From: an uncultured Planctomycetaceae bacterium
Lineage (GTDB): Bacteria > Planctomycetota > Planctomycetia > Planctomycetales > Planctomycetaceae
Assembly: GCA_963815195.1 (NCBI GenBank)
Contig: CAWFGE010000020.1
Coordinates: forward strand, 160,001 to 224,000
Reading direction: 5' to 3'
DNA length: 64,000 nt
Part shown: positions 42,067-54,100 of the stretch, piece by piece
Layout: each line of letters begins with the position of its first letter
Numbering within the stretch: the stretch's first letter is position 1
Position numbers and translations under genes: made by a program
Notes under the pieces: generated by a model
Databases searched by the model: none
What the model was told of the DNA's origin: nothing
The model's input: the letters and a program-made list of their open reading frames with translations, nothing else

Positions 42067-43007
42067 CAGCGCGAAGCGGGGCAAGGCGGCAGCAGGTTTT
42101 CGAACCGCGACCGGCATTGGGCGAGGAGTTGATCGTAGTCCGATTTCCAAAGCTCTTCGGACCAGATCGCGATTTCGAAGGGGCCGCGGTATCCGTTGTC
42201 GAGGAAGGCGTGCGTGATGTCGGCCAGCGGGATCTCGCCGTCGCCGATCAAGCTCCTGTCGTATTCGGAGGTGGGCGGGCGGTGCCAATCGTTAAGCTGC
42301 ACGGTGGCGACCAGCGGCGCGATCTCGGCGATTCGCTCGAGCAACCGGGGCTCCCGCCAGAGGTGGTACACGTCGAAGGCCATGCCCACCATGTCGTGAT
42401 CGCAGGCGTCGATCACGTCGAGCGTGTCGTCGATCGAGGTGAGGAAGGTCCAGTCATTTGAGAACATCCGCTGCATGGGCTGCACGGCGAGCTTGACGCC
42501 CAACTCGCCGGCGAGATCGCCCAGTTCGTTCAAGGCGCTCACAAACAGTCGGCGGGCGTGGGTCAGAATGTGCCCCGACAATCCGCCGCTGAGCATCACG
42601 ACGCAATCCGCGTTCAAGGCCCCGGCGATTTCCAACGTCTCGCGGGCGTCGCGCACGGCTTCCGTGTAAGCATAGCCGTTTTGCCCGGTGAAACATCCCG
42701 CCCAGGACACGCTCGACACGGACATCCGCATGTCGCGGACCAAGTCCACGGCCCGCTCGGCACCGAACTCGTCGAGCTTCGGCCGCCAGATGCCCATCGT
42801 ACGGACGCCCGCGTCCAAGTAGCCCAGCACATCCTCCAAAAACGACCAGCGGTAAGTCGTCACCTCGTTCACCGCCAAGAGCGAATGCAGGGGAGGATTC
42901 TCGGGGCGGGAACCGCGCGGGTAGGGGCTCCCGAGCGATTGCCGCAACAGCGGACTGGAACCAAATAGCCAGGGAGACTCGTGAGGCGAAGGATAAGCTT
43001 CGGGCAC
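42066..43007 (-). CDS. Sugar-phosphate isomerase/epimerase TIM-barrel protein
   Basis: AVNEVTTYRW, FDVYH, VQLND, GDGEIP, FEI. Confidence 0.85.
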   Translation of the reverse strand: MPEAYPSPHESPWLFGSSPLLRQSLGSPYPRGSRPENPPLHSLLAVNEVTTYRWSFLEDVLGYLDAGVRTMGIWRPKLDEFGAERAVDLVRDMRMSVSSVSWAGCFTGQNGYAYTEAVRDARETLEIAGALNADCVVMLSGGLSGHILTHARRLFVSALNELGDLAGELGVKLAVQPMQRMFSNDWTFLTSIDDTLDVIDACDHDMVGMAFDVYHLWREPRLLERIAEIAPLVATVQLNDWHRPPTSEYDRSLIGDGEIPLADITHAFLDNGYRGPFEIAIWSEELWKSDYDQLLAQCRSRFENLLPPCPASR

Positions 43008-43141
43008 GTGGATCGCTTTCTGTTATATGGAATCATCCCGGACGGGATGGGGTCATTGGAAATCCGACGGCAAATTGCGAACTCGGAACTGTAACGAACG
43101 CCGTCAGGGAAGCAAGAGAGAAATGAGAAAAAATGAACTCT

Positions 43142-43203
43142 GTTCATCTCGCCCGGCGGAGTTCGGGGAAGGGAAACCCCTCGAAACTCCGCGGGTGGAT
43201 GAA
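43142..43203. other. Long intergenic hairpin
   Basis: TTCATC..CCCG(G)CGGAGTT...AACTCCGCGGG..GATGAA just downstream of the DUF3500 gene. Confidence 0.55.
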
Positions 43204-43225
43204 TGACAGGCCGCGAGAAACGCGT

Positions 43226-44275
43226 TTAACCCTTCGTCGAGATTTCGACCGCAGGATCGTCCGAAATGTTGACCCACACGTGCACGTGGGGATTGCCGCG
43301 GAAGTGCCAGACGAACGCCGGGCCTTCGAGCCGCCAGGTGTCCCAGACCTTGTCGTCGCCGACGTCGTCGGATTCGTAGAAGGCGATGTGGCATTTGTCC
43401 AAGCCGCCCTGCGATTTGAGGCAGGCGAGCACTTCGTCCCGGTCGTTGGTGCGATAGGGTTCGATCAGCGTTTTTAGCACGCCTTGGACATGGGCCTGCT
43501 GATCTTTCGACAGCTCCGACACGGGGATGCCGTCGAATTGTTTGCCGCTTTTGCGGAATTGGACGGCGGCTTCGTCGGGCGCATTCAAGATCAGGGCCTC
43601 TTTGCGCTGTTTGCCGTCGAGCATCTCGTAGAGCTTGTTCGCGGCGAGCGCCTGATGCCAATACACGTTGCCCGGATGATCGGGCGCTTCGTTGAAGCCC
43701 CGGGCGGCGTGTCCGTAGAAGATCGGACCGCCGAAGGCCGTGTGCTCGACGCTATTGCCGTCGCAGCGAATCGTCAAGTGCCGGCCGGTCATCACGAACT
43801 CGAACTGATCGGTGCCCGGTTCGCCGAAGAGGGCGATCGCTTGTCGTTTGCCGTAGCCGCCGGCATCGTCGCGGAGCTGCTGTTTGAGGCGGTCGTGCCA
43901 TTCCGGATTGTAAAGCGCCCAGAAGAGGGCTTCGATAATGTCCTGCTGTTCGCCGGTGAAAAAACCGGACATCAGCGTGGGTTTGGTGATCGTCCAGTTG
44001 TTGCTGACGTGGAGGCGGAGGATGTGGCCGTCCTGCTTGTGGTCCCAGGGGAAATGGATTTGCTGTTTTTGCTCGGGGGTCAGCGTGTCGTAAAGTTTTT
44101 TGACGAGGGTTTCCGACTTGGGAGATTTTGGCTTGTCTTCTTTGGCTCGGACGATGGAAGGAAGAGACGCGGCCGACACCGCGGCCGCCGTGGCGCCGAC
44201 GGCCTGCACGAAATGCCGCCGAGTCAACGCCGGGGATTCGCAATCGGGACAACGAACGTCGCGTTCCATCTCCAT
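43226..44275 (-). CDS. DUF3500 family protein with Tat signal
   Basis: TRRHFVQ, LFGEP, TGRHLTIRCDG, FGGPIFYGH, WRLEGP, FRGNPHVH. Confidence 0.85.
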   Translation of the reverse strand: MEMERDVRCPDCESPALTRRHFVQAVGATAAAVSAASLPSIVRAKEDKPKSPKSETLVKKLYDTLTPEQKQQIHFPWDHKQDGHILRLHVSNNWTITKPTLMSGFFTGEQQDIIEALFWALYNPEWHDRLKQQLRDDAGGYGKRQAIALFGEPGTDQFEFVMTGRHLTIRCDGNSVEHTAFGGPIFYGHAARGFNEAPDHPGNVYWHQALAANKLYEMLDGKQRKEALILNAPDEAAVQFRKSGKQFDGIPVSELSKDQQAHVQGVLKTLIEPYRTNDRDEVLACLKSQGGLDKCHIAFYESDDVGDDKVWDTWRLEGPAFVWHFRGNPHVHVWVNISDDPAVEISTKG

Positions 44276-44429
44276 CTCCTTTGTGCCAAAACAAACGGAG
44301 AGAAAACGGAGCCAATACCAACTGGCTCCCCTCCCCCCAGGAACAACGGCTACAGTATGCGCACAGTCAATTCAAAAACGCAACGCATGATTTCGAAGAT
44401 TCCAAGATCTCGCCATTTGCCGGGCAAGC

Positions 44430-45897
44430 TTAACCGGATTTCCTCGATCGGGATTTGAGGAAATCCTCCAATAAACGCAACGTCAAATAGACGAACGCAC
44501 AAAAACCCGTCACGCCCAACGAGCGGGGAATGGCCACGTCGGACTGGGCGAACTTCGGTCCGAAAAGCTCTTCCCATCCCCATTGCAAATGCACCAGCCA
44601 TAACCCGCTGCCCGCGGCCATGCAGGCGACGACTGCCCGCGGCGAATATGACTTCGCGTAAAGGCCGATCATCAAGGGCACGAACAATCCCACGAGCACC
44701 AGTTCGTATGCGGATTCGAGCAAGGAATAGGCGCTTTGTCCTTGGTAGGCGGTGATTAAACTCGCCACCGCCACGAACAGCACGCAGCCGCGGTTGAGCG
44801 CGAGCGAACCCGCCTCGGTACGGGCCAGCGGTTTCAGAAGATTTTGAGCCATCACGCTCGCGGGCGAGAGGATCGCGCTGTCGATCGTCGAAAGCACGGC
44901 CGACAACAGCGCGACCAGAAACACGATCGCCAAGGCCGGGCTGAGAAACGACTGTGCCAAAGCCGGCAGGATCGCCTCTTCAACATCCGCCGGGAATTTG
45001 ACGTGGGCCAAAAGTCCCAAGGCGACGGGAATCATGCCGAAAATCAAATACACCACGCCGGCGATGTAGCAGGCGTAACGGGCGACGTTGGCGGATTTGG
45101 CCGCGAAGATCCGCTGCATCAAATCCTGCCCCGGCAGATTGCCCAAGGCTCCGACGGCGAACACGCCCAACCAGCCCACGAACGATCTCAGATCGTCCAG
45201 CGGGATCGGCTGCAAATGCCCCGGCGAGGCTTCCTCAAACACCCGCGCGACTCCGCTCACCGCGCTTCCATCGCCCCATTCGGAGAAAGCGCTCACGCCC
45301 AAAACGATTAAACCCACGAGCACGAGCGAAATCTGAATTCCATCCGTGAGCGCCACCGACCACATCCCGCCCAAGAACGTATACATCGTCCCCACCACCG
45401 CGACGATCAACAGGCCCCACTGCGGATCGAGGCCAAAGCACAATTCGAGCATCCCCGCCAAGGCGACGAATTGGGCGGCGATCCAGCCGAAGTAGCTGGG
45501 CACCAAAATGATCGCCGAGAGAATCTCCGCCGTCCGGCCGAATTTCAGGCGAAAGAAATCGCAGATCGTCAAGAGCCCCAACGACCACAGCGGCCGGGCG
45601 ACAAAGGCCCCGGCCAGAATCAAACACACCCCCGCGCCCCACGGATCGAGCGCCGCCATCTGCAGGCCCTTTCGTGCGCACGGCATCGGTCGCCGCGAGC
45701 ATCGTGCCCGCCCCGAACCACGTCGCCAGAAGCGTCATCCAGGACAACGACAAAGGCAGCCGCCGGCCCGCGACCAGAAAGTCCTCCGTCGAATGCACTT
45801 TCCGCTGGGCGGCCCAACCGACGGCGTACATCACCACGACATAAAGCACGCACGTCAGGCCCAGCCAGAACTGCATCTCAGGCGAAAATCTCGGCAT
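44430..45897 (-). CDS. Sodium:solute symporter (SLC5/SSS family); frameshift near 45670
   Basis: [47 protein letters not shown]. Confidence 0.9.
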
Positions 45898-45908
45898 GGT
45901 CCTGGGAC

Positions 45909-46238
45909 CTACAGATAATCTTCGCGGACGGGATGGAAGATGTCGAAGGCTTTGACGAGGCCCTCGAGCGCGACGACGCGGTGCGCCACGCCGCCGGGGA
46001 TGCGATACATATCGCCGGGCCCCAGCACGCGGTCCTCATCGCCCACGAAAAAATGGGCCCGGCCTTCGATCAAGATCCCCACCTGCTCGTGCGGGTGCGA
46101 ATGCTTTTCCACAACGGCCCCGGGCTGAAATTCGACGAGGCTCATCATCATCTCTTGGCAGGCCGCCGTTTCAATCTGCACGCCGGGAAAAATGGCATGC
46201 CGGCTGCAATCGGACGGCTCCACGAAATATTCGGACAT
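45909..46238 (-). CDS. Cupin domain protein
   Basis: HSHPHEQ...IPGGVAH, DIFHPVREDY. Confidence 0.9.
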   Translation of the reverse strand: MSEYFVEPSDCSRHAIFPGVQIETAACQEMMMSLVEFQPGAVVEKHSHPHEQVGILIEGRAHFFVGDEDRVLGPGDMYRIPGGVAHRVVALEGLVKAFDIFHPVREDYL

Positions 46239-46249
46239 ATTCGATTCCT

Positions 46250-47617
46250 TTACCTTTTTTCCCGGCGGCGGAAAATCTCTCCGCCGAAATAGCCGGCCTC
46301 GCCCGCGAGGGCTTCTTCCAAACGCAGCAAATGATTGTACTTCGCCAGCCGTTCGCTGCGAGCCACCGAGCCGACTTTGATCTGCCCCGCTCCGGTGGCC
46401 ACGACGAGGTCGGCAATCGTCGCGTCTTCCGTTTCGCCACTGCGGGCGGAGACGACAGGCCAGAACCCGGCATCGAAGGCGAGCCGCATTGTCTCCAGCG
46501 TTTCCCAAAGCGTGCCGATTTGATTGGGTTTGATCAATACGCTGTTCCCGGCCCCTTCCGCAATCCCGCGGCGGAGCCTTGCCGAATTGGTGGCGAACAA
46601 ATCGTCCCCGATCAACTGCACCCGGTCGCCCAGCCGCTCGGTGAGCAGCTTCCAACCGTTCCAATCGTCCTCTGCGAGGCCGTCTTCGATGCTGACGAGG
46701 GTCTTCCCATACGTCTTCACCAGATATTCCAAGTACGCGACCATCTCTTCGGAATCCAACCGCCGCTGGCTCGCCGCGAGATGGTAGTTGCCATCCCGAT
46801 AGAAATGCGTGCTGGCGACATCCAACCCCAAGGCGACATCGCTTCCGCCAACGAGTCCGCATTCCTGGATCGCCTGCAGCACGAAATCGATCGCCGATTC
46901 GTTATCCGGGAGCCGCGGGCCGTAGCCGCCTTCATCGCCGACGAGCCGGCCTTCGTAGCCTTCTGACTGCAGCCGCTCGCCGAGCTTCCAATAGATGCTG
47001 ATGATCCAGTCCATCGCCTCGCGGAAGCTCTTGGCACCGCGTGGAATAATCAGATAATCTTGAATGTCCAACTGCCCGCCCGCGTGCAGGCCGCCGGAGA
47101 TCATATTGACCATCGGCAACGGCAAAACGGGCCGGGTCGCTTCCCTCAGCAAGCGAACGCCCGGCGGTGCGGGCCGGGGTTCGATGACGAAAGGCACCCG
47201 CTGCCAGATGTCGCGAAAGTAGCGCACGGGCAATTCATTCTTGGCTTCCGCGGCCGCATACGCCGCCGCCAGCGAGACGCCCAGGATCGCATTCGCTCCC
47301 AGGCGGGATTTGTTCTCGGTGCCGTCGATTTCGCACAGTCGGCGGTCGAGTTCCTGCTGATCTTCCGCATCGAATCCTGAAAGATGTTCCGCAATTTCCC
47401 CGCGGACGTGCGCGACGGCTTTCTGCACGCCCAGGCCCTCGAGGCGGGCCGGGTCGCCGTCGCGAAGCTCCCAGGCCTCGAACCGCCCGGTGCTGGCTCC
47501 GCTGGGCACGATCGCCCGCCCGCACCGCGCACCGCGGCACTCGACTTCCACTTCCAACGTTGGCCGCCCGCGGCTGTCGAACACCTCGCGGGCATGAATC
47601 CGCTCAATTCTCGGCAC
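46250..47617 (-). CDS. eno: Enolase-family protein (divergent paralogue)
   Basis: DSRGRPT, VPSGASTG, LGANAIL, GDEGG, IEDG, GDDLF, LIKPNQIG, RSGETED, RSERLAKYN. Confidence 0.9.
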   Translation of the reverse strand: MPRIERIHAREVFDSRGRPTLEVEVECRGARCGRAIVPSGASTGRFEAWELRDGDPARLEGLGVQKAVAHVRGEIAEHLSGFDAEDQQELDRRLCEIDGTENKSRLGANAILGVSLAAAYAAAEAKNELPVRYFRDIWQRVPFVIEPRPAPPGVRLLREATRPVLPLPMVNMISGGLHAGGQLDIQDYLIIPRGAKSFREAMDWIISIYWKLGERLQSEGYEGRLVGDEGGYGPRLPDNESAIDFVLQAIQECGLVGGSDVALGLDVASTHFYRDGNYHLAASQRRLDSEEMVAYLEYLVKTYGKTLVSIEDGLAEDDWNGWKLLTERLGDRVQLIGDDLFATNSARLRRGIAEGAGNSVLIKPNQIGTLWETLETMRLAFDAGFWPVVSARSGETEDATIADLVVATGAGQIKVGSVARSERLAKYNHLLRLEEALAGEAGYFGGEIFRRREKR

Positions 47618-47839
47618 GGAAATTTGTCCTCGCGCATCGAATAATCAAACCTGAAAACCGGCCCGACATTATGGCCGCTCGGATCGCGGCGAATCAAGCC
47701 CATGCCGCGCCGCGGGATGTCATCGTAAATCTTGAATCGATCGGATATTCTCGTAAGTCAAGCGGGGCGATTCCAGCATGAGTCATCACCGTTAGGAAAG
47801 CATCGCGTCCGGTCCTCGTTCGTTAGCGAAAGCACTTCG

Positions 47840-48826
47840 ATGAAACGCGTGTTGATTGTGGGCGGCGGGTCGATTGGCGAACGGCATCTCAGGTGCTTTC
47901 AGCGGACCGGCCGCGCGGAGGTTTCGCTCTGCGAAATCCGCGAAGAGCTGCGCGGACAACTTGCCGAACGCTATCATCTTCATCAGACCTTTGCGAATCT
48001 CGAAGACGCCTGGGGGCACTCGCTCGATGCGGGCGTGATTTGCACGCCGGCCCATCTGCACGTTTCGATGGCGATGAAGTTCGCGAACCGCGGCATCAAT
48101 GTCTTAATCGAGAAACCGCTCAGCACGACGGAAGATGGCGTTGCGGATCTTATCAAGTCGGCCGCGTCGCAAAACATCGCGGCGGCGGTGGCGTATGTGT
48201 CTCGGCAGCATCCCGGTTTGATCGCCATGAAAGCTGCGATGGACCAATCGCGGTTCGGCCGGCCCGTGCAGGTCGTCATGACCGCGGGGCAGCATTTTCC
48301 GTTCTATCGGCCCGCTTACCGCGAGACGTATTACACCCGGTGGGAAACCGGCGGCGGGGCGATTCAAGATGCCCTCACGCATATGCTCAACGCCGCGGAA
48401 TGGCTCGTGGGGCCGGTGACGAAATTGATCGCCGATGCCGAGCATTGCCTGCTCGCAGGCGTCGACGTGGAAGACACCGTGCACGTGCTCGCCCGGCACG
48501 ACCGCGTGTTGGGTTCGTTCAGTTTGAACCAGCACCAGCCTGCCAATGAAACCACATTGACCGTGATTTGCGAACGGGGCATGCTGCGGCTGGAAAGCCA
48601 TAAAAGCCGCTGGCTCAGTTGCACAGTGCCGAACGAGCCTTGGACGGTCGAAGAAGAGTTTTCCCTCGAACGCGACGATCTCTTTATCGCCCAGGCGAAT
48701 GCGTTTTTGGATCAAATCGAATGCCGCCGCGGACCGGCGTGCTCTTTGGCGGACGGCCTGCAAACGCTGCGGGTGAACCTGGCCGCGCTCGAGTCCTTAA
48801 AAATCGGAACATGGGTGGAATTATGA
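47840..48826 (+). CDS. Gfo/Idh/MocA family oxidoreductase
   Basis: [30 protein letters not shown]. Confidence 0.92.
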   Translation: MKRVLIVGGGSIGERHLRCFQRTGRAEVSLCEIREELRGQLAERYHLHQTFANLEDAWGHSLDAGVICTPAHLHVSMAMKFANRGINVLIEKPLSTTEDGVADLIKSAASQNIAAAVAYVSRQHPGLIAMKAAMDQSRFGRPVQVVMTAGQHFPFYRPAYRETYYTRWETGGGAIQDALTHMLNAAEWLVGPVTKLIADAEHCLLAGVDVEDTVHVLARHDRVLGSFSLNQHQPANETTLTVICERGMLRLESHKSRWLSCTVPNEPWTVEEEFSLERDDLFIAQANAFLDQIECRRGPACSLADGLQTLRVNLAALESLKIGTWVEL

Positions 48827-49615
48827 GCGAACCGACCGTTGCCGAGTTGTTTGACCTCACCGGCCGGGTGGCGTTGATCACGGGCGGTTCCGGTCATTTG
48901 GGGCGATCGATGGCGCGGGCGCTGGCGGAAGCCGGGGCGAGCGTGGTCGTCGCCAGCCGCGCAGGAACGGGCGGAGCAGGTCGTCGCCGATTTGCCTTCG
49001 CCGGGCGGGGCCGAGCATCATGCCGTGGTGATCGACCAATTGGACGAGCATTCGATCCAAACCGGCTTCGACGCCGCTGTCTCGGCCGCGGGAAAGGTGG
49101 ATTTGCTCATCAACAACGGCCAACAAGGGCATGGGCTCGATCTGACGAACGTCACCGCCGAGGCCTTCAATCGCGATTTGCAAAACGCGACCGGGTACTT
49201 TTTGCTGTCCCGCTTGCTGCACGATCATCTGGCGGGCCGCACCGCGCCGGGCGCGATTGTGATGATCGGCTCGATGTACGGCGTCGTGGGGTCCTATCCC
49301 GACGCCTATGCCGGCGTCTGCACCGCCAGCCCCGTCCAGTACCACGCTTTGAAGGGCGGCATCATTCACATGACCCGGCATCTCGCCGTGTATTGGGCCA
49401 AGGACAACGTCCGCGTGAACTGCCTGAGCCCCGGGCCGTTTCCGTCCGAAAAAGCCCCCGGCGAAATGGTCGAGCGCCTCAAAACCAAAAGCCCCACGGG
49501 ACGCATGGGACGGCCGTTTGAACTCAAAGGGGCCTTGATTTTGCTGCTCAGCGACGCGGGGAGTTACATCACCGGCCAAAACCTGCTCGTCGACGGCGGA
49601 TGGACCGCGTGGTAG
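48823..49615 (+). CDS. SDR family oxidoreductase; frameshift near 48960
   Basis: [20 protein letters not shown] (YxxxK), VNCLSPG, VDGG. Confidence 0.9.
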
Positions 49616-49633
49616 CGGTTCATCGAGAAACAG

Positions 49634-49711
49634 CATCTGTAGGGCAGGCTCCTGCCTGCCGATTTGCTGTGGTTCTCTCCCAAGGGCAGGCAGGAGCCTG
49701 CCCTACTCTTC
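49634..49711. repeat. GTAG-family REP doublet (REPIN)
   Basis: GTAGGGCAGGCTCCTGCCTGCC-spacer-GGCAGGCAGGAGCCTGCCCTAC. Confidence 0.9.
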
Positions 49712-49749
49712 TGAATCTCGCGGCAGAGTTTTCCGTCGGCCCAGCGGAC

Positions 49750-50855
49750 CTATTGACTTGGATGCGCCGGAATGACCAGGACGCGGAGGCGGGAGGTTTT
49801 GCCATGCCCTTCCTCCCAGGCCAAAACGACGGGGCCTTTTCCCGCGGGCGCCGCGGCGATCACGGGATCGTTGGCGTGATGGGCGATGACTTCCGCCATT
49901 TGATGCTGGGGCCGCCTGAGCAGCAAATCGCCTCCGTCGCGCGGTGATCCACGTCAGCCAGACTCCGCGGTACGTCGGCCGCGACCCACGGTTGCTCGCC
50001 GGCACCGAGCTTGACTTCCGGATGCCCCGGCAAAGTCGCGAAAACTTCTTTTTGCCGCCGCCAGACCGTGGCGACTTCGCCGGGCTTCACCGCGGCGACG
50101 GCTCCGCCGTCCATCGGGCAATGGTCGAGCCGCCAATGCCCCCGGCCCAAGCGGGACGCTTCGGAGAACGTCCGGCCGCCGTCTTTGGAGGTGCTCAAAT
50201 AAAGATCGCGATTCCCGCCCAGCGAGTTCCGCCACATCACGTAGAGATTTCCTTGGGAATCGAACGTCACACTGGGATGGCAGCACGGGCAGATCGGCCC
50301 TTCAGGGGAACGGTAAACCCTGCGGTTTTCACTCCACGTCTTCCCGCCGTCCGTGGAGCCGGCCCCGTAGACTTCGATTTTCCCGTTCCGCAGATCGTTC
50401 CAGACGCAGTAAAACTTGCCGCCCGGTCCCGCCGCCAGCGCGTGCAGGCCTTCCCGTGCCGATGCGGGAACATCGTTGATCGTCACCGGCCCCTGCCAGC
50501 TTCGGCCGCCTTTAGACCTCCAAGAAAGGAGTTCTCCGTCTTTTCCAATGGCCGATATGACCACATCCTCTTTCCCGGCCGCGATTCGAGGCCCCCGGCG
50601 GTGCCCGAGCATCAACTGCGGAACCGCCGCCACCTGAACGGGTTCGCCAAACCCATGCCCGTGATCCTGTAGCGCAGCGCAATACACCGTTTGCCCGGCC
50701 CCAAACGCCACATAAACGTCCCCGTCCTCCGCGACCGCCGCTTGCGGTTGCCGGGCTTCGCCCGCGTCCTTCGGCACAGCCAACGACACCGGCTCCGCGG
50801 CCCAGGCAATCGAGCAGATGAGCAGACACGGCAGGAAAAGAGCAACTGGTTTCAT
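49750..50855 (-). CDS. BNR/Asp-box (sialidase-like) propeller protein; two indels near 49940-49975
   Basis: STDGGKTW and SKDGGRTF Asp-boxes, CPCCHP, CPMDGG. C-terminus continues in another frame to TAG at 49750. Confidence 0.8.
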
Positions 50856-50870
50856 TGTTTAATTCTCCCA

Positions 50871-51127
50871 GTATCAGTAGGGCAGCCTCCTGCCTGCCGA
50901 TTTGCTGTGATTCTCTCCCTGGGCTACCCCGGGATGGCTTCACGTTCCAGTATCTGAGGGCAGGCTCCTGCCTGCCGATTTGCTGTGATTCTCTCCCAAT
51001 GGCAGGCTGGAGCCTCCCCTACTCTTCTACTCTTCAATTGTCAGTATCTGTAGGGCAGGCTCCTGCCTGCCGATTTGCTGTGATTCTCTCCCAATGGCAG
51101 GCTGGAGCCTGCCCTACTCTTCAATTG
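50871..51127. repeat. Array of three GTAG-family REPIN units (first truncated)
   Basis: Units at about 50871, 50949 and 51043 share GGGCAG.CTCCTGCCTGCCGATTTGCTGTGATTCTCTCCC; same family as 49634. Confidence 0.9.
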
Positions 51128-54100
51128 TCAGTCCGCCGCCGTACGAAGCACCTCGATCGCATTTAATAGCGGCAGTTTTTCCGACGTCGGTTTTCCTTCT
51201 GCAGGGACCAGTTCGATCGTCAGGTCTTTTTCGACCGGGATGTTCTCGAACTCTTGGACCGTGGCCTGGTTCGTGATCGTCAACCCCTCGGCGACGGTTT
51301 TGTCTTGGAGTTTGATGGCGAACTTTCGGCCGGTGTTTTTGGGGTCGGCGAAGTACAGGCGGACTTTATAAATCGCGGGTTTGTCTTTTTCGCTTAAGAG
51401 CGGCAGCGTGCATTTTTTGAGGCCGTTGGCGTAGGAGGTAAACAGCCAAGGCGTTTCGGTGCCTTGCGACTTGGGCGGATTTTTCGCCGAGGTTTTGAAA
51501 GCCGCCGCCGGGGTAGAACTCGGGCCGGATGTCGATATCGACTTCGAGGCCCGTGGCTTTATAGGGTTTGGGCCTGGGGTAGGTGATCCACAACTGGTCG
51601 CGGGCGTCTTTGCGGTCGCCGGGGGCGGCGAGGTTTAACGCCATATGCTCGACCGGGGTGTTGGCTCCGATCGTGCTATAGATCGTCCAAGGCCGGCGGG
51701 CTTCGCGGGGTTCGAGCGTGATCGTGGAAGCGATCGAGAACTGGCACACGCAGCCGGCGCTGGCTTCGGGAATCATCACGAGGCCGTTCGCGGGGATCAT
51801 GTTGATCCAGCAACCCAAGCGATGCCCGGCGAAGTGGCGGGTGCCATCGTCGGCGTCGAGATTATAAAACCCGGTGAAGCCGGAGCGGAACATGAGCATG
51901 CTCGGGCAGCCGGTGAGCATGCCGCAGTGATGGCCGGTCCGCATGATGCTCCAGGGGACTTCCTTGCCGGTGAGCGGGTGCGGGCGGGTCTTGATCGTGC
52001 CGGTGTAAAGGTCGAAGCTCCAAGGCTCGGCGATGATCTGGTCTTCGATGATGATTGGCCGGTGCCGATAGTTCGCATCCTTGGCCCAGAGCTTGTGCCC
52101 GTCTTCCGCCGAGAGGCACACCAGCCGCCGGCGTGAGAAATCGCCGTTCAAGAACTGCTGCCAATAATGCCCGTTGGCGTTGGCTCCGCAGAGGACGAGG
52201 GTGTTGTTGTGATACAGCATGGTGAGTTGCCCGCCGCCGATGCCGATCTCGCTGCAATCGGTCACATCCACCGGCGTCTCCCACAGCTTCTGCCCGGTCC
52301 CGGCATCGAGGGCGACGACGAGGCGGGCGTCGATCCGCTTCATGCGGGCCTCGGCGAGCTTGGCTTCCTCGCCGGTGAGTTGGGCGAGCTCGGATTTGTC
52401 TTCTTCCAAAAGGGCCTGACGTTGTTCGGGGGTCAGCGTGCTGTCGATAAAGCACACCCTCTTCGGTCCCAACGCGATCGTGTGATGCACGATGCTCTTG
52501 CCCTGATAGTTCCACAAGTGTTTGCCGGTTTTGACGTCAATCGCAAACAGCACATCGGTCGCATCTTCAAACCGCCGACCCCGGCGGCGGAGGCGGACTT
52601 CCAATTCCTTGCGGACCGTCGCGGTGCCGAACAGTTTGCCGTCCTGATAGGCCACGTAACCCCATTCGCGGTTTTCCTGGTGGCCCGGCGGCAGTTTGTG
52701 CGAGGCGACGAGCTTTCCGGTCGCGGCGTCGATTTGCTCGACCACATCGCGAACCAGAACGAAGACAAAGTCGTCCGTGCCCACGAGGTTGCCGGGGTTC
52801 TGGTTCTGAAACACGCCGGTGCGGAAGGCTTTCGAGTTGTCACGTTCCCAGAGGAACTGGCCGTTGTAGGCGTCATACGCCATGATCGTGTTATCGCCTT
52901 GCACGATCAGCCGCCCGTTGACAGCGAGAGGGCCGACGGCTCCATCGTGGCGGTTGACCATTTTCCCCGGACCGGGATCGCCGTACCACAAGACGCCAAG
53001 GCCGCCTTTGATGCGGTGGTCTTCGGTGGTGGCGATGTTCCCCGCGTTCGCGTAAAGATGCGTCCATTCGCCCGCGCCGGGAAGTTTTTGACGGGTCAGA
53101 ATGACAAAAGGCCCCGCGGTGCTGATCGTGGAATGATCCATCACCTCGGTCTTGCCCAACCAATCCTTGAGTTGTTGGGCAGTGACTTTTGAGGCAGCGT
53201 TGGCGCCCGCCGCTTTGAGAACGATCTTCCCGCCGCAGGGTTTGAGATGCCGGGCGATCGCGGCGGGCGAACCGGGCGGAGTGCCGGTCATCATTTGTTT
53301 GCCGGCGACGATCAGATTGGCGAAGAAATTGGAATAGGGAATTGCCGAGTAGTCGGCTTGATGGATCGTGACCCGCGAACCATAAAGCCCGGCCGCCATC
53401 AACGCTTTGCGGGCGGCTTCGACTTTCTTGGCGTCGGGTTCGATGCCGTAGATCGTGAGGCTGCTGTTCTGAGCCAAGGCCCGAGCGAGCTCTCCGGTTT
53501 CCGCCCCGACGATCAGACAGAATCCCTGCCGAGTTTTCGCGGCCTCCAACACGCCTTTGGCGACCGCGTCGTAAGCGGCCGGCTGCGGATCGGCTTTGGA
53601 TTCGGCGGGTTTCGTTTGCGTCTTGTTCGCCACGGTCTTCGCGGCATCGGCGAACACCTGGATTTCGCCCTTCGTCGTGCTGACGATCAGGTAGCCATTC
53701 GCCACCGCGAGGCCGCTCGCCGTGCCATCGACTTTCGTGGTCCACACGCGATTGCCGGTGGCGACGTCGAAGGCATCCACGCGATCGGGGCCGCCGGCGA
53801 ACACGAGGTTTCCCGCGAGGATCAACTCCGAATCGCAGGTCGACGGCGACTTCCACGCCACGCCGGTTTCCGCGAGGGCCGCGAGGCTTTTGAGCATCTC
53901 GGCATATTGCTCGCGGATTTTGCCGAGTTCCTTGCTCGGCGTGCGGATCTTGCGGGCCAGATCCTGAACCTGGCCGTCGAGCTTCATCCGCTCCCGGCTG
54001 GCGGCGAGATAGGTTTTGCGGTCGAGCTTCATCACCTGCGTGCCGGTGGCGACGTAGCAGTCGTTGCCGGCGATCGCGATTTGATGGGCATCGATCCAGC

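Noticed and set aside
43142..43203. c-di-GMP riboswitch
   Set aside because: A single long hairpin without the two-stem GNRA/receptor layout; more likely a terminator or stabilising stem.
50871..51127. CRISPR array
   Set aside because: The intervening sequences are themselves repeated, and the units are GTAG REP palindromes.
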